DNA of 61,036 bases, the filler included, from Sphacelaria rigidula (taxonomy: Eukaryota), in assembly GCA_964200075.2 (NCBI GenBank). It is 10 parts of 10 records of this genome, joined end to end, with 100 filler letters (N's around TTAATTAATTAA, not from the genome) between each part and the next. Parts side by side here need not be neighbours in the genome. Positions count along the whole stretch, not along the records: positions 36,685 to 42,697 come from CAXNAA020022794.1; positions 42,798 to 48,810 come from CAXNAA020022795.1; positions 48,911 to 54,923 come from CAXNAA020022796.1; 7 more parts are not named here. One strand, given 5' to 3'. The notes beneath the pieces are model-generated. The model did not search any database, was not told where the DNA came from, and was given only the letters and a program-made list of their open reading frames with translations. Position 1 is the stretch's first letter. The number at the start of each line of letters is the position of its first letter. The translations under genes and the position numbers were made by a program. This document shows positions 37,247 to 49,437 of the stretch, one piece after another.

Positions 37247-37978
37247 TATCTTCGAAAATGAGGTTGAACATTCAAATGAGTTTCAACTCCAAAACAGAAT
37301 GCTTTCCCTGACACTAAAGTTATGACAATTGACTTTCATATGGACGCCTTCATGCCTCCCGCCCTCCCTGAAACTATTCTCCGAGGGGATTTTCCGAGGG
37401 GATTTTCCGTCTTCCGTTCCCCCAAAGGGTATGTGCGAAAGCACCTCTTTTGCTAAAAGAAGAGTTCCTTTTTCACGCCGAAGTCGAGGCATAACGGTGC
37501 TTTCGCACATACCCTTTGGACGGATGGAAGACGGGAAACCCCCCCATAATAGTTTCAGAGAGATCCAGGGACGCATGAGGTCGTCCATACGAAAGTCATG
37601 TAACAACATTCTCGTGGGATTGAGAGTCTAGGATACGATTGAGAGTGAGAAGGGGTCAAGTCGTGAATGAAATAGTTCCGGAATGCCCCTCCGGGTCTTA
37701 CTGTAGTAGCTTGCCACTGAAGCTTCTGATATCCCCGAGTAGGATATCGACGTGTAGCTGTAAGCATGCGACACAGACAGCGTTACAGGGAAAGAAAAAA
37801 GCACACAGGATTAAAAAAAAAAAGTCAAGTCGGAGGGAATAGTAAAACTCACTCTTGATCAACGCAAAGACTCCCAATCTCACGAAAACATTGTTGTTTA
37901 GTCATGACTTTTAGGTCAGGGATAACACTGTTTTGGAGTTGGAGCTAATTTTAACGTTCAGTCTCATTTTCGAGGATA
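37247..37978. mobile_element. Family F foldback MITE with a nested family G element
   Basis: TATCTTCGAAAATGAG...CTCATTTTCGAGGATA, long inverted arms, second copy at about 47644-47987. Confidence 0.85.
37602..37895. mobile_element. Family G MITE (TIR AACAATGTTTTCGTGAGATTGAGAGT), second copy at about 52442-52794
   Basis: TIRs and shared internal hairpin GATATCCCCGAGTAGGATATC. Confidence 0.88.
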
Positions 37979-38577
37979 CCCTTTCACAAAGGTTTTACAA
38001 GTCCTAGGAACTGTGCAGATTATGTATTGGACATAGATCTCATGCGTAGATTCTCGGGCATATAGTCAACCAGCCTGGTAGGAGCCAGTGCGCTTCAGTA
38101 CAAAGTACTGGCAGGAACGGTCCGGGAACCAGTACTGTAGCCAGTGTTCAGTCTAGCCAGAACGGCTCCGCGGCTCTATATTGTAAGGTCTACAGATGGG
38201 GTTTGGGGCTGAGATTCAGAGAGCGAAGGTTCAGATAGAGCTGTACACCAGCGGGTGACGTCTGAATGAACAACGAAAAGCACGGCGATGCAGCGCCCCA
38301 CTCGGGTACGTCGTCTGCTCGACCCATCAAGATCTCTCGTGACAATTGCCTTGCTCCGCTATAAAACGGTGCACTGCGAGGAAGCGCGCCACGGCCACGC
38401 CAAACAACACCTCACAAGTGCACAGGAACGAGCGCGCCGCCGTGACGAATCCCTCTCCGCCGCAGGGAGTCGGACAGATGACGTCTCAAAACTCAAACTT
38501 CCCAGCTTGCTCGTGTTCTGTAGAGTATACGAGTGATGCCGTGACCGCCGAACGCGTCCTCCCCCCCCAAACCAGCC

Positions 38578-39142
38578 TGGTCCCGCAAAAGTCCGGGGGG
38601 CTCCGTCCCGGCTTTGTAGGGGCGGACCCCCAGTGGTGTTGGCGTCGGCTGGCGATGACGCTATAAAACACGCCACTCACTGCGTAAGCTAGGCAACCAG
38701 GTTACCGATTTGTTTTGCGCGCTTGCGGTTTTTTCGCGGTAAAACCATGATGGTAGTCCAGCTAGATCATATTGTGCGGGGTGGAAGAGCCTCAACTCGA
38801 CGCAAAGGCGATGATCGTACTGCGTAGTAGTGTTTACATGGTGAGACACCCATGAGGCAGAATATACGCCGTGGCTGCCTCTAGAAGTGGCGATACCAGA
38901 AAATAAAAGCAACTCATTGGAGGCTGTCATCCAAGTGCAACATAATCAGTACGCTTCGGGCCGAACAATCTTAGGAGGGTGCAGCTCACCCTTCATGCGA
39001 CATGCCGAACACACCACGGCGCTTCGCGCTTGGTGGTTGACTGCTAGCCTGGTCCGGCGCAAACCCGGCGTCCTCTGTCTTGGCTTTGTACGAATGCGAG
39101 GTCAATGGTCCCATGACTATGGCATGCAAGTTCATGAGTACA
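38578..39142 (+). mobile_element. Longest family A copy, apparently inserted in a family M MITE
   Basis: Flanked by CCCAAACCAGCC at 38566-38577 and 39143-39154. Confidence 0.85.
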
Positions 39143-39434
39143 CCCAAACCAGCCCCAAAGCTGTCACCAAAAATATGGCGACACAATTAAAGAGTGACAG
39201 CCGGTTTCAGACTTGAGGAAACCCCTCACACGAACGGCACTGGCGAAAACGATTTGAGAAAGGGAGTTCCCAGCTGCTCGGTGTGCTCACCAATTTGTCA
39301 TTTTGGTTTTATATTTATATTTTTTCCTCCTCAAAACCAGCCACATTATTTCTGGCGAGGGCTATCGCGGGATAACCCATACCAACTGAAGTTCGGGCAT
39401 ATGGGTATATATATATCGCGAAGTATATGTAAGA

Positions 39435-40098
39435 GAGCAATGTTACGGTAGGGGTGCACTTTTTGCGCAAAATGTTGTCTGGTTCAGGGGCTCCTAACGA
39501 TTCTACATGCACAAAAATACGGGTCAGGGCATCCCCGTTTGCAATTTCATTCGGGATATCCCTCGTACATTGGGATAATAATCCTGGCATTCCCTCACTT
39601 ATTCAATAAATCTTGTTTTGGACGAGATAAAGGACTCCTAAGGCCGCTCCTTATAACAGACAAAAATAAAAATCTGGAAAAATGTATTTTTGGAGCTTTT
39701 ACGTCGCTTTACGCCCCAAAAGAGAGATATGCAGAGTTTAACAAATTGGAATGACATACTACACTAGTTGAGGCGGTTCCAGGACATCTTCACGTTTTCC
39801 GGTGGCAACAGTTTTCATTTTGGCCAAACAAGATTTTTTTGACCAGGAACGGTAAAAAATAGTCAAGTCCAGAAAAAAATGGCCACCGGAAAACGGGAAC
39901 ATGTCCTGGAACCGTAACTAGTAGAGCAAGTCATTCCAAGGTGTCAAACTCCGCCTAGCTCTCTTTGACGGCGTAAAACGGCGTAAAAGCTCCAAAAAGA
40001 CACTTTTCCAGATGTTCATTTTTGTCTGATATAAGAAGCGGCCTAACAATCTCAACCTCAAGATATAGTTGTGCAGCACCCCTACCATAGCATCACTT
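39435..40098. mobile_element. Family J MITE hosting a family K MITE
   Basis: GAGCAATGTTACGGTAGGGGTGC...GCACCCCTACCATAGCATCAC. Confidence 0.8.
39642..40043. mobile_element. Tourist-like (PIF/Harbinger) foldback MITE, family K; diverged copy at 41514-41978
   Basis: TAA|GGCCGCTCCTTATA...TATAAGAAGCGGCC|TAA, with long inverted arms. Confidence 0.92.
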
Positions 40099-40518
40099 TT
40101 GAGAGGGACTTTTATCGGTAAATAGTCTTCCGAACCATACCGGGAATGTTCGGTACACACTTCGGTGTGGTTTAGTATGCTCACCGACCAAAAAAAAAAA
40201 TATTTCCGGGTGTACCCTACACAGACAACAACCTTGCAAAACTCCAACAAGCGTTTCTCAACCATGGACAAAGGCTGCTGCTGCGATACGTATAATAAAG
40301 CCATACTCCAAAAAAGAAAAAGAAAAAACAGAGATGTTTGTCATATTATTGACTGATTTATAAGAAGTGCAACGAATAATAGCGCAGAATCACCACGTAT
40401 ATCATTTAGGTCTCCCATTTTCCGCAGATACCCTTCGCCCGCATGAGCATATTCCTCCAAGTGCTGAAGCTCGTGAGAGTAGGGCAGCGCGTGCACTGCG
40501 TCAAGTTGACGGGGTTGA

Positions 40519-40752
40519 GGTCGCCCCGGTGGCTCAGTTGGTAACCTCGAAACCTTTTGACGGTTGGGTCGTGGGTTCGAATCTCGGTGCAGCCACACTA
40601 TCTGGGATTTTTCTCACACAATGCCCAACAACAGTGGAGAGGGACTATCATGTCGTGGGGAACACAACATTCGACTTCACGGTCGACGAGGGAAAGGGAC
40701 TGCTGAACCCCTCTCGCGATAAAAAATAAAGGCAAGTACCACAGAAGGAAGA
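40519..40752 (+). mobile_element. tRNA-derived SINE, family B (head and central domain)
   Basis: A box TGGCTCAGTTGG, B box GGTTCGAATC, body matches 7745-8128. Confidence 0.85.
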
Positions 40753-40759
40753 CATGGAA

Positions 40760-40810
40760 CTAGCCCTGACCCTAGCTAGAGCCCTAACCCTAGCTAGAGT
40801 CCTAACCCCA
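40760..40810 (+). repeat. Short 18-bp tandem repeat with CCCTAA-like units
   Basis: AGCCCT(A/G)ACCCTAGCTAG, about 2.7 units. Confidence 0.7.
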
Positions 40811-41039
40811 CCGGAATGCAGACCATGAACCCTTGAGCACTGGAGGGTCCACACAATATATAATCGCACAATGCCATGGAATGTGCTCATTTTTTTGTTT
40901 ACTTGAAGAAGAGAGCAAGTCTAACTCAACACTGAACCAGCAAGCTGGTTCGTTTGCCGATTACCCGGGGGCTCGGGTAGGCCGCCGCGCGGCAGTTATG
41001 TGGGGTATAGACGCCTTGAGCGTTCGGAAGTTTTCCTCA

Positions 41040-41200
41040 AGGCAAGTGTGTGCGTGTACGTGTGTTGTCATCCCATCTAGTTTGGCACGCCAGTCTGCAC
41101 CTTTCGGTATATCTGGGCGCACCAGCCGGGGTCACACAGGAGGAAGGCCACCACAGGATATTTTTTTCTCTTGTATTTGTTTTAATTTTCCGTTTTTTCC
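41040..41200 (-). mobile_element. SINE family B, 3' portion
   Basis: GGGCGCACCAGCCGGGGTCACACAGGAGGAAGG matches 7830-7863. Confidence 0.8.
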
Positions 41201-42599
41201 TACATCCCAAGTAAGCCATAAGTCTTGAGCCAAAAGCAAACGGCACCAATTCACTTGAGAAAAGTATATACCGTGTGATCAGATGGACTAAATTACTACC
41301 CTCGCGGTCTAGGGGTCAACAGTGACACAGCGGAGGGCTTGTAGATATATGTGAGAACACTTCGGGTACGTTTCACAACATGAAAAGAGAGACCCGCTCT
41401 GAATCGTACGGGTCTCAGACCCTTTCTTGAGAAGTGTAGTACGAGAGTACGAGTACTTACTTGGAGTTTGAGACCTTTTCCTCTTACAGTTGGACTTTTG
41501 AGACCTTTGTTTAGGCCACTCATTATATGGAAAGCAAAAAAAAGGGAGGGGGGAACTACTACTACTGTCTATTTGGAGCTTCTACATCATTTTACTCCCC
41601 TGGAAGAGAGCTACGGTATAAAAGGCGTATTTTGACACCTTGGAATAATTGCTGTATGTACTCGATGAGACGGTTCCAGGACTTCCGAAGTTTTTCTGGA
41701 CTTGACCGGTTTTCGAGAAGAGTGAACGGCCTCCCAGAAAAAAGAGCGGCCTCCGAGATAAATTCAAGTCTGGCCAAAAAAACTATGGCCAACGGAAAAA
41801 CGCACAGGTATAGGTGTGCTGGAAACGTCTCGACGAGTGCTACGAGTGCTACAGCAAGATATTTCATGGTGTCGAATTTCGCCTACAAAAGCTCGCTTTT
41901 AGGGGGCGTAAAACGACGCAGAAGCCCCCAAAAGACGGATTTTCATATTTTTATCCTTGTTCGCCATAAGAACCGGCCTGGCACGGTTTTCGGCCCCCAA
42001 ACAACAGGGAATATCACCATCATCACACGTTTTGAACACTGTTTGGGGTCCTCGGTACAAGATAATAATGGTCCACGGGTAGTAGCCAGGGAATTGTATG
42101 GGAGATGACTACAGCAACGGGGAGCACAGTTCGTGCTTGTGACTGCCTTTTTCATTCCTCTTGAATGATCCTCTCTGGGGTTCTCCTCGGATGTTAATAC
42201 AAGGAATTGAGTCAACCTTATTTGTATACTGTATATATTTTATATTTATATACCTCGTCGCATCAGTACTGTCTGGCGTGTTAACTTAGTCCACGCACCT
42301 GGTTTGGCAAACCGACACTTTGCATCGCTCGACGAATGGAAGAAGATTTACTTGCAGAGACAAGGCAGAGACCGCATTTTTCCCCCAGCCGTGTTTTTGT
42401 CTAGAGGCCGATCTCGAAACCTCGGAGCCAAGTGATGATGATTTTGATTTGATTGTCGCACTTTCAAGTGAATCTGAAGAATGGGCCAGACTCCTCTCGG
42501 TTGAGCGATGCAAAATGTTCAAGACGTGTGGTTGGTAGAGCTCGGAAATGGTACCAATTATAACTGGCCATTATAATTACAATAATGGTCATAATGGAG

Positions 42600-42697
42600 C
42601 CGGCCGCCCCGGTGGCTCAGTTGGTAATCTCGTAACCTTCTGGTGGTTGAGTTGTGGGGTTCGAATCTCGGAGAGAGCTGGGATTTTTTCTTACACC
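42600..42697 (+). mobile_element. SINE family B head, cut by contig end
   Basis: A and B boxes followed by CTGGGATTTTTTC. Confidence 0.8.
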
Positions 42698-42815
42698 NNN
42701 NNNNNNNNNNNNNNNNNNNNNNNNNNNNNNNNNNNNNNNNNTTAATTAATTAANNNNNNNNNNNNNNNNNNNNNNNNNNNNNNNNNNNNNNNNNNNNCCT
42801 ACCGTAGCATTGCTC

Positions 42816-45800
42816 TGGTATCCCTCACCCACACACGGGGCGCCCCCAAAGTTTTGCACCAATTCAGCAAAGACGCAGCAGTCGATTCAGCAGTACACAC
42901 TGCTACTGCTTCCAGAGACACGAAGTTGCTCAAATTATCCATGATGACCAAAAGATATCGAAACCCAGCATCCTCCGACAAACCTTGAGGAGCTAGCGGG
43001 CCACTCTCGCCCACGTGCAAGAAGTCAAAATACACAACTTCATTCGGCATGGTCCCATGGACCGTTTTACCGAGCGGGCGGGGGAAAACATCGCCCGCCC
43101 TCGAGTCAGCACAGTGAAGATACTGGCGGACAAACTCGCGCACATGAGTTTCTATCATCTGCCAGACACAAAACTCTTGCAAGTGCACGAGTGTCGCAGC
43201 CACACCACGACGCCCGGCGTCGCGCATGTGAGCGCAAATCATGAGACGTACCTGCAACTGCTTGTCAGAGCTCGGAATGCACAAAACGTTTCGGCCACGC
43301 ACATGCAGACGAAACAGACCTTCATTGTCCAAGATAGCAGTATCAACGTCCGACTCGAAAGATTGCGCATCCGCACCTTCGGCCCCAAGGTCTTTTCGTT
43401 GCGCTTGGCGGACAACAGATTTGGACAGCATTGAGTCATCAGCTTCACACGGACAATACACAGCCACAGCGCGTGCAGGCAAAGTGGGAATATTCACCCA
43501 ATGCGACAGCAAGTCATCCCACGCGTTACGGTCATCTGGAATATGGTAAATCGTGTATACCGATACTGGCCTAATCCACCTTTCCACCCCTCTGAACGTT
43601 GCGCCAATGCCTTCGACGCAGACTTCACGCATGCCTGCGGGTTGAAAATGTACGCTAGATTTCGGTGATACGTGAAAATGTGCACGCCATCCCACAATAG
43701 ATGCTCGAGACGACGAAAGTGCTCACGATAGCAGAACCTTCCTTGTCAATGGTTGCCCAGCGCATCTGTGAACGCTTGAAATTGCCACTAAAAAAAGCCA
43801 GCGGTTCATGCGTCATGTTTTCAACCGGCAAGCGTTGTTGCATTGCTGCATCAGGCACCTGCGTGACAAAACTACCCCAATGACAGTCGAATGCATCCGA
43901 AAACATCAGCATCTGGCAACCGGGGCGGGGATGGAGCAGCGTCGCGGCATGAGCCACCAGATCCTTTGCTGCCGCTCATGCCTGCAGCCTGTCCTCCGTC
44001 CACTAGGCGGGTGGAATAACGCGGTTTTTTGCCACCCGCTTCGTGCGCCTTGCAGCCCCCACCATCAGTTCTTCTAGGAAAACGCGCAAGGGCGCCACTA
44101 GTTTGGCCATACGAGGTAACGTGGTACGCAACCAGTTCATTGCGTGCAGGAATTACATTAGTTCTGCTGCTGTTTCTGGACGCCGCATGTCAGACAAACC
44201 TTGCAAGCGGACCGGATCATGCAAGACGCGGCCGTGTGAGTATACTTTCCCACACCACACTAGTTCACTATAAAGAAAGGTGCACTTGTGGGCAGCTGCA
44301 AACAGACCAACGCTCTCTATGCAAACCAAGAATGCATCTAGCGTATCCAACAGTTCGTCTTCCGTATCAGCGAAGAAAAATACACCATCCAACCAGATCT
44401 TTCATTTCAAGCCATCTAAAAGGTCTACCATGGCACCCTGAAAATAGGAAGTAGCATTCAACACACCTTGCGGTGCTCTTTGCGGGGTAAACATGCCAAA
44501 CGGAGTCGTGATGGTGAATACCTCTTGCGCCTCTTCGGTCAACGGCATCTGCCAGTACCCCTGTAGGAGGTCCAAATTACCGAAGCATCGCGTACTCAAC
44601 AGGTCTGTCATGTCGGATTCCTGATTGGGCATGACACCCGGCGAATTCTCCACCTGATCATTGACGACTCCGTAATCGCCGACAAGACGAAAAGAGTCCT
44701 TCTTCGGCACCGCCATCGCTGGGCTGGACCACATCGCGTGTAGATTCCTGAACACCAACCCAAACGCCACAAGAGCTCCCATGCAAGAAGGTAGCCAACT
44801 GGACTTCACCGGATCATATCTTCTCGGTTTTTCCTTCACCGCAGCCGCCCCTGGCTTCAGCATAACCCTCATGGGTTCCACGCGCGCAGAGGGATCACCC
44901 CTCAGCGCACGACGAAACGCGTTAGTGTGGCGGTACAATATGCCACGCAAGCGCTCCGCTTTTGAGACGTTGGGGTCATTTTCCACAGCATCCATCACGC
45001 TTTCCTCAAGAGCAGCCTTTCGCGCGGACTCTTCTTCCGCCGGCTCCATAAACATATCGGGGCCACGCTCCACCAAGCGTTCCACCGCCTCACCACGCTC
45101 CTCGGACACCTTCCCCCTCGCCTCACGGAGAGCATCAACCGACAAGCCCACTCTGCGACTGGCCAAAAAAGCAGGCGTCTCGACACTCGAACCGGGCGAC
45201 GGCATTTGCGTTTTTAGGGACTCTAACAGCCGATCGTACGCGTCGACTCCGAGTCCCCGAAGTGTCGGTAAGCCCAACAGAACGACGCCATCCGTCCCCG
45301 GCATAATCGCAAACAATATCGGGGGTGATTTCGCTGGTCCCCAGGTAGTCCTGAACGCCAACTGTGAGGGAATCGTACGCTCCGTGACATTTATACGTTG
45401 CCTCAATGCGGTGATGGCCTGCCGCGCCCCGAGCGAGAACGGAATTCAGATTTTCTCACCGGGGAGTAGACGTTCCAGCATCTCCACAATCAGCACCGAC
45501 ACGCTCGTGAAGTGGGCGCCGGAGTCCAACACAGTGTTGGCCGATATGGCTCCCCGCGCCCGTTGATTGGGGATGTATAACTCTGCAGGAATATAATTTT
45601 CTTGATCCTCGATCGGCACCTGATCCACCGACTGATTGGTCGTGATCCCTACTTGGCGCCACGGCTGCGCGCGCGGCGCAGGCATAGACGCCCCCGCCGG
45701 GGTCACCGGCACCGCCAGCGGGTACGACGCCCCGCCCGCGGAACCAAATTGCAACGGTATTCCGGCCGACGCAGCAGCGGATCCAAATTTCAGCTGAAAA

Positions 45801-47467
45801 CCGGCCTGCTCCGCAGCAGGCGACTCGCCTTGCTCTGCTGCCGGCGGCGCCGGCACCGAGCCCGACACTAGAGAGGTCGGTCCCATCTGCACCGCCCGTT
45901 GCGGAGCAGCAGCCCCTGCGGCTGAGCCCGACCCAGAACCGGACCCCTGCTGACGCCGCTGCCCCTGCTGCTGCTGCTGTTGGGAACTCTACTGTACACC
46001 TCCACCGCTGGAGGATCCGCCTCCGCCACCACCCCGATTACCTTTCCTTCCTTTGTGACCGCGAGGGCGCGCGGCACTCGACTGCCCAGACTCCCCCTCA
46101 GAAGGGGTTGGGCACTTGCGTGCGTAGTGGCCTACCTGGTCACACTGATAGCAAGTAATATTGGAGGCGACACTGCCTGCAGATTTTGATCCGCGGTTAC
46201 GCGAGCTCGAAGACTGCGGCGACGAAGTGGATGATTTTCCGAATACTTCGACCCTCCGCCATGCCTGAGCCTCAGCCGCCACGGTATCCATAACTAAACA
46301 CGGGTCTGACTTCCAGTTTGTTTCGTGCTGTAACTGCACAAGCACGGCCTGTTTGAATTCTGCCGGTGCTAGACCCTCCACCATCGCTTTCATGATCACC
46401 GCAGCGGGCCCTGGGCGGAATTTCTCATCGGAGAAACGATAAACCATCTCGACGTTGGGATTTCCAGAAAGTTACGTCTCCAACTTACCCATTATGGGCT
46501 CCACCCTCTCACGCATGCCCCTTGTGGTTCATTGCGACAGCCCTCGCCACGGCCGCGAACGCCTGTGTTAGCTCTACCTCCGCGCCCGCCGCATGCCTTG
46601 CATGCCTCTTGATTGCTGCGGCCAATTGCAGCGGCGTTATGGTATACTTTTCACCGAATCTTCTCGGGAAGACGCGTTGGAGGGGGGTAGGCACGAGTTG
46701 CGCCATGGAAACCACCTGGTGCCTTACCGCACCCCCCGCATTTGCATGCTCCACTCTCTTCTTGTATTCCACGTATTTCGTGTAGAACGAACAAGAAGCA
46801 CACTCAGAATACAAATTCCCGTAAGTGGGCGGTCGCATCTCTTCCCTTAGAACGACTGGGGTTACAGTCGTCTTCGCTGGTTCTATTGCCGGTACCTCTG
46901 TAGTCGACATTCTCGGGTGGACAATCGAAGATTTCTGAACCTTCTTGAGCTCACAATTCACACCTGCCTTCTTCGCCGCTCCACACAGCCCTGGGGTCCT
47001 ATAAACACCCGCTGCACGCAGCTCCAGCAAGTCTCTAGTCTGAATTAATCACGGGCCAGCCGCCTTTGCAGCTACCTCTCAGCTTGAAGCCTCCTCACGC
47101 GTCCGTGAAGCTATATGCCCGAAGCTATCACAAGCTGTCCAGACTCCTCCCTGCCGAAACATTTCTAGCAGTCTCTAACGATAGCACAAGTAGCACAAGT
47201 AGCACGACTAGCACTAATATCGATATTGTGACGCCAGCAGGTTGCGAGTACTGCAGCGTCTAATAATGCTGTTGAGGGGCTCCCTAGCTCCACTGGCCTC
47301 AGGTCTTAGTTGCCAGCCTTCACAACACCATTTATTATTCCCGGAGTGACTCCCAGGTGGCTCCATAAACCACATCAGAGTATCACCCCTGTGTTCATGC
47401 CATCATCCATGTCATCACTACAGATCCCAAGTTTTCATCCAATCATCACTATATACTCAACGTGACG
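42816..47467 (-). mobile_element. Decayed Ty3/gypsy LTR retrotransposon (5' LTR-gag-PR-RT-RH-IN), integrase interrupted by a family J end at the contig edge
   Basis: CYQCDQVGHYARKC knuckle, protease VLDSGA, RT LDLLQGYWQ / PQGVLNA, RNase H FSDAFD / IDKEG, integrase FDFLHVG and IMDNLSNF. Multiple frameshifts. Confidence 0.97.
47227..47467 (-). repeat. 5' LTR of the gypsy element
   Basis: TGTGACG terminus, AATAAA on the minus strand, homologous to 47988-48238. Confidence 0.75.
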
Positions 47468-47643
47468 GCGTGACTTCGTCACAGATCCGATGGGAATGTT
47501 GGCGCAATCACATTTGGAATCGGAGACATCTCCGATCGAATAGGGCCGAGAACTTGCAGCTCTTCTATTTTTGGACACATTCTCCCTCATGAAACAGCTG
47601 GTCATCATGAAACAGCTGATCATCAAAATTGAGGATAACAGCG

Positions 47644-47987
47644 GATGCTCAAAGATGATATTGAAAAAGAATGAGGCTCAACTCCAAAGCAGTGCTTTCC
47701 CTCACATAAAGTCATGACGAATTACTTTCATATAAACAACCTCCCTCCCGGCCTCCCTAAAATTACTTCGGAGGGGTTCCAGCCTTCCCTTCCCCCGCAG
47801 GGTATGTGCGCAAGCGCGGTTTTGGGGCCAAAAAGCGTACCGTTTTTCAACCCGAAATCGAGCAAAAATATGCTTTCGCACGTACCCTCTGGGTGAATGG
47901 AAGGCTAGAAATCCCCCGAAGTAGTTTTAGAAAGGTGGAGAGGGATGATGTCATCCGTATGAAAGGCATTTGTCATGACTTTAGGTC
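47644..47987. mobile_element. Family F foldback MITE, right arm truncated by an LTR
   Basis: Homologous to 37247-37978. Confidence 0.8.
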
Positions 47988-48238
47988 TGTGACGCCAGCC
48001 AGAAGAAGAACTGGTGGATCACTGCTGTTGAGGGACTCGCCAGTCTCACTGGCCTCAGTTCCAGCTGTCAGCCTTCACAACATCTCATTATCAGGAGTGC
48101 CGTTGTAGGCACAACCTTATAGACGCGCAGGGTATCACCCTCGTGTCCCCGGTCATTATCCTGAATCCTCTCAGAATCCTCCAGAACCACCGTGCCCCAC
48201 GTCATTATCCAGATCATCACTACCAACTCAACGTCACA
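47988..48238 (-). repeat. Solo LTR related to the gypsy LTR
   Basis: TGTGACG...CGTCACA termini, diverged similarity to 47227-47467, no TSD. Confidence 0.78.
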
Positions 48239-48910
48239 GCGTATGAGACCTTTTAAAGTAGCCCCCCACCCCCCCAAACCAGCCTAAAAGTGTCACGAAA
48301 AAAATGATCATACAGCGCCTAATGTTTGGATTCAGGTTGCATGAAGCGCCTCATATGGGCAACATTGGCGAAAACAAATCCACGCGTGGGAATTCCCAGC
48401 TGCTTGTTGTGCTCGGTTTTTTCCATTTCGATTTAACTCAAGATTTTGCCCCTCCAAACCAGGCCCTTTTTTGGGGGGGGGCTATCGTAGAAAGTGTCGT
48501 ATTGTCGTCACAGCACCCCCAGAGCGCGTTGGGCGAAAATCGACCGACAAGCTTGACACATAGAAAACGCCAAAACGAGGAGTAAGTCACAACTGAATAC
48601 CAAACTCACTCGTAATGAAAGCAGCAACGGCACGAGTCACGCGCAACTTACGCAACTCCTTCGTCGTCAACTCCTTCGTGAGAAATTCCGGAGCGGCCTC
48701 AAAAGTATCCTTGAAAGTCTCCCACGTACGCTCCTCAAAACAGCCAATCATCTATGTTGAGGATGGTGCTTTTGATTGAGGATGAGAACCCGGAGGATTA
48801 AAATCTTCGTNNNNNNNNNNNNNNNNNNNNNNNNNNNNNNNNNNNNNNNNNNNNTTAATTAATTAANNNNNNNNNNNNNNNNNNNNNNNNNNNNNNNNNN
48901 NNNNNNNNNN

Positions 48911-48992
48911 TGGTTGCCTAGCTTACGCAGTAAGTGGCGTGTTTTACAGCGTCATCGCCAAGCGACGCCAACCCCATCGGGGGGGGGGGGGG
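48911..48992 (-). mobile_element. Family A distal end abutting a G-run
   Basis: Reverse complement of about 38630-38699. Confidence 0.8.
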
Positions 48993-49233
48993 GTATTCGA
49001 TTGCACGATAAAAGAGGCTCATAGGTGTGCTGCCACACTCGCGGTGCGCGTGTATTTGGTTGAGAACGGTGTCAAGCGCAGTATGAATGAACGCTATATA
49101 TCCGAAAACATCGTTCGAACAACCATGGCTGCTTTCAACGACGATTTGACCCGCAGTTTTGTGCAAGAAGTGCCCCCCTTTCGTAGGATGAACTCTTCAG
49201 CAGCCCCGACTCGTTACTGACATTTTACATATC

Positions 49234-49437
49234 AGAGAGTTTCGGAAAACGCTTTTTTGTCATTTCAGAGTGCAAATATCTCAGCATCAGACAGAGTGAA
49301 GACTAAAAAAACACCTCATCGAATAGAAGTGAAGGAGATACCACATGTGACTGAAGGTGACATAAGTTTTTGTTACCCTCCGATTCTGAGATATTTGCAC
49401 TCTGTAATGACAAAAAGAGCGGTTTCCGAAGCCCTCT
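49234..49437. mobile_element. Family R hairpin MITE, second copy at 52884-53105 in the opposite orientation
   Basis: AGAGAGTTTCGGAAAACGC...TTTTTGTCATT TIRs. Confidence 0.8.

Noticed and set aside
40232..40496. Two candidate minus-strand exons (HALPYSHELQHLEEY..., QQPLSMVEKRLLEFCK)
   Set aside because: Splice phases do not join cleanly and no family was recognised.
40523..40595. tRNA gene (also 8050-8122, 42606-42675, 50749-50820)
   Set aside because: A and B boxes are present, but the acceptor and anticodon stems do not pair properly and each continues into a shared repeat body, so they are SINE heads.
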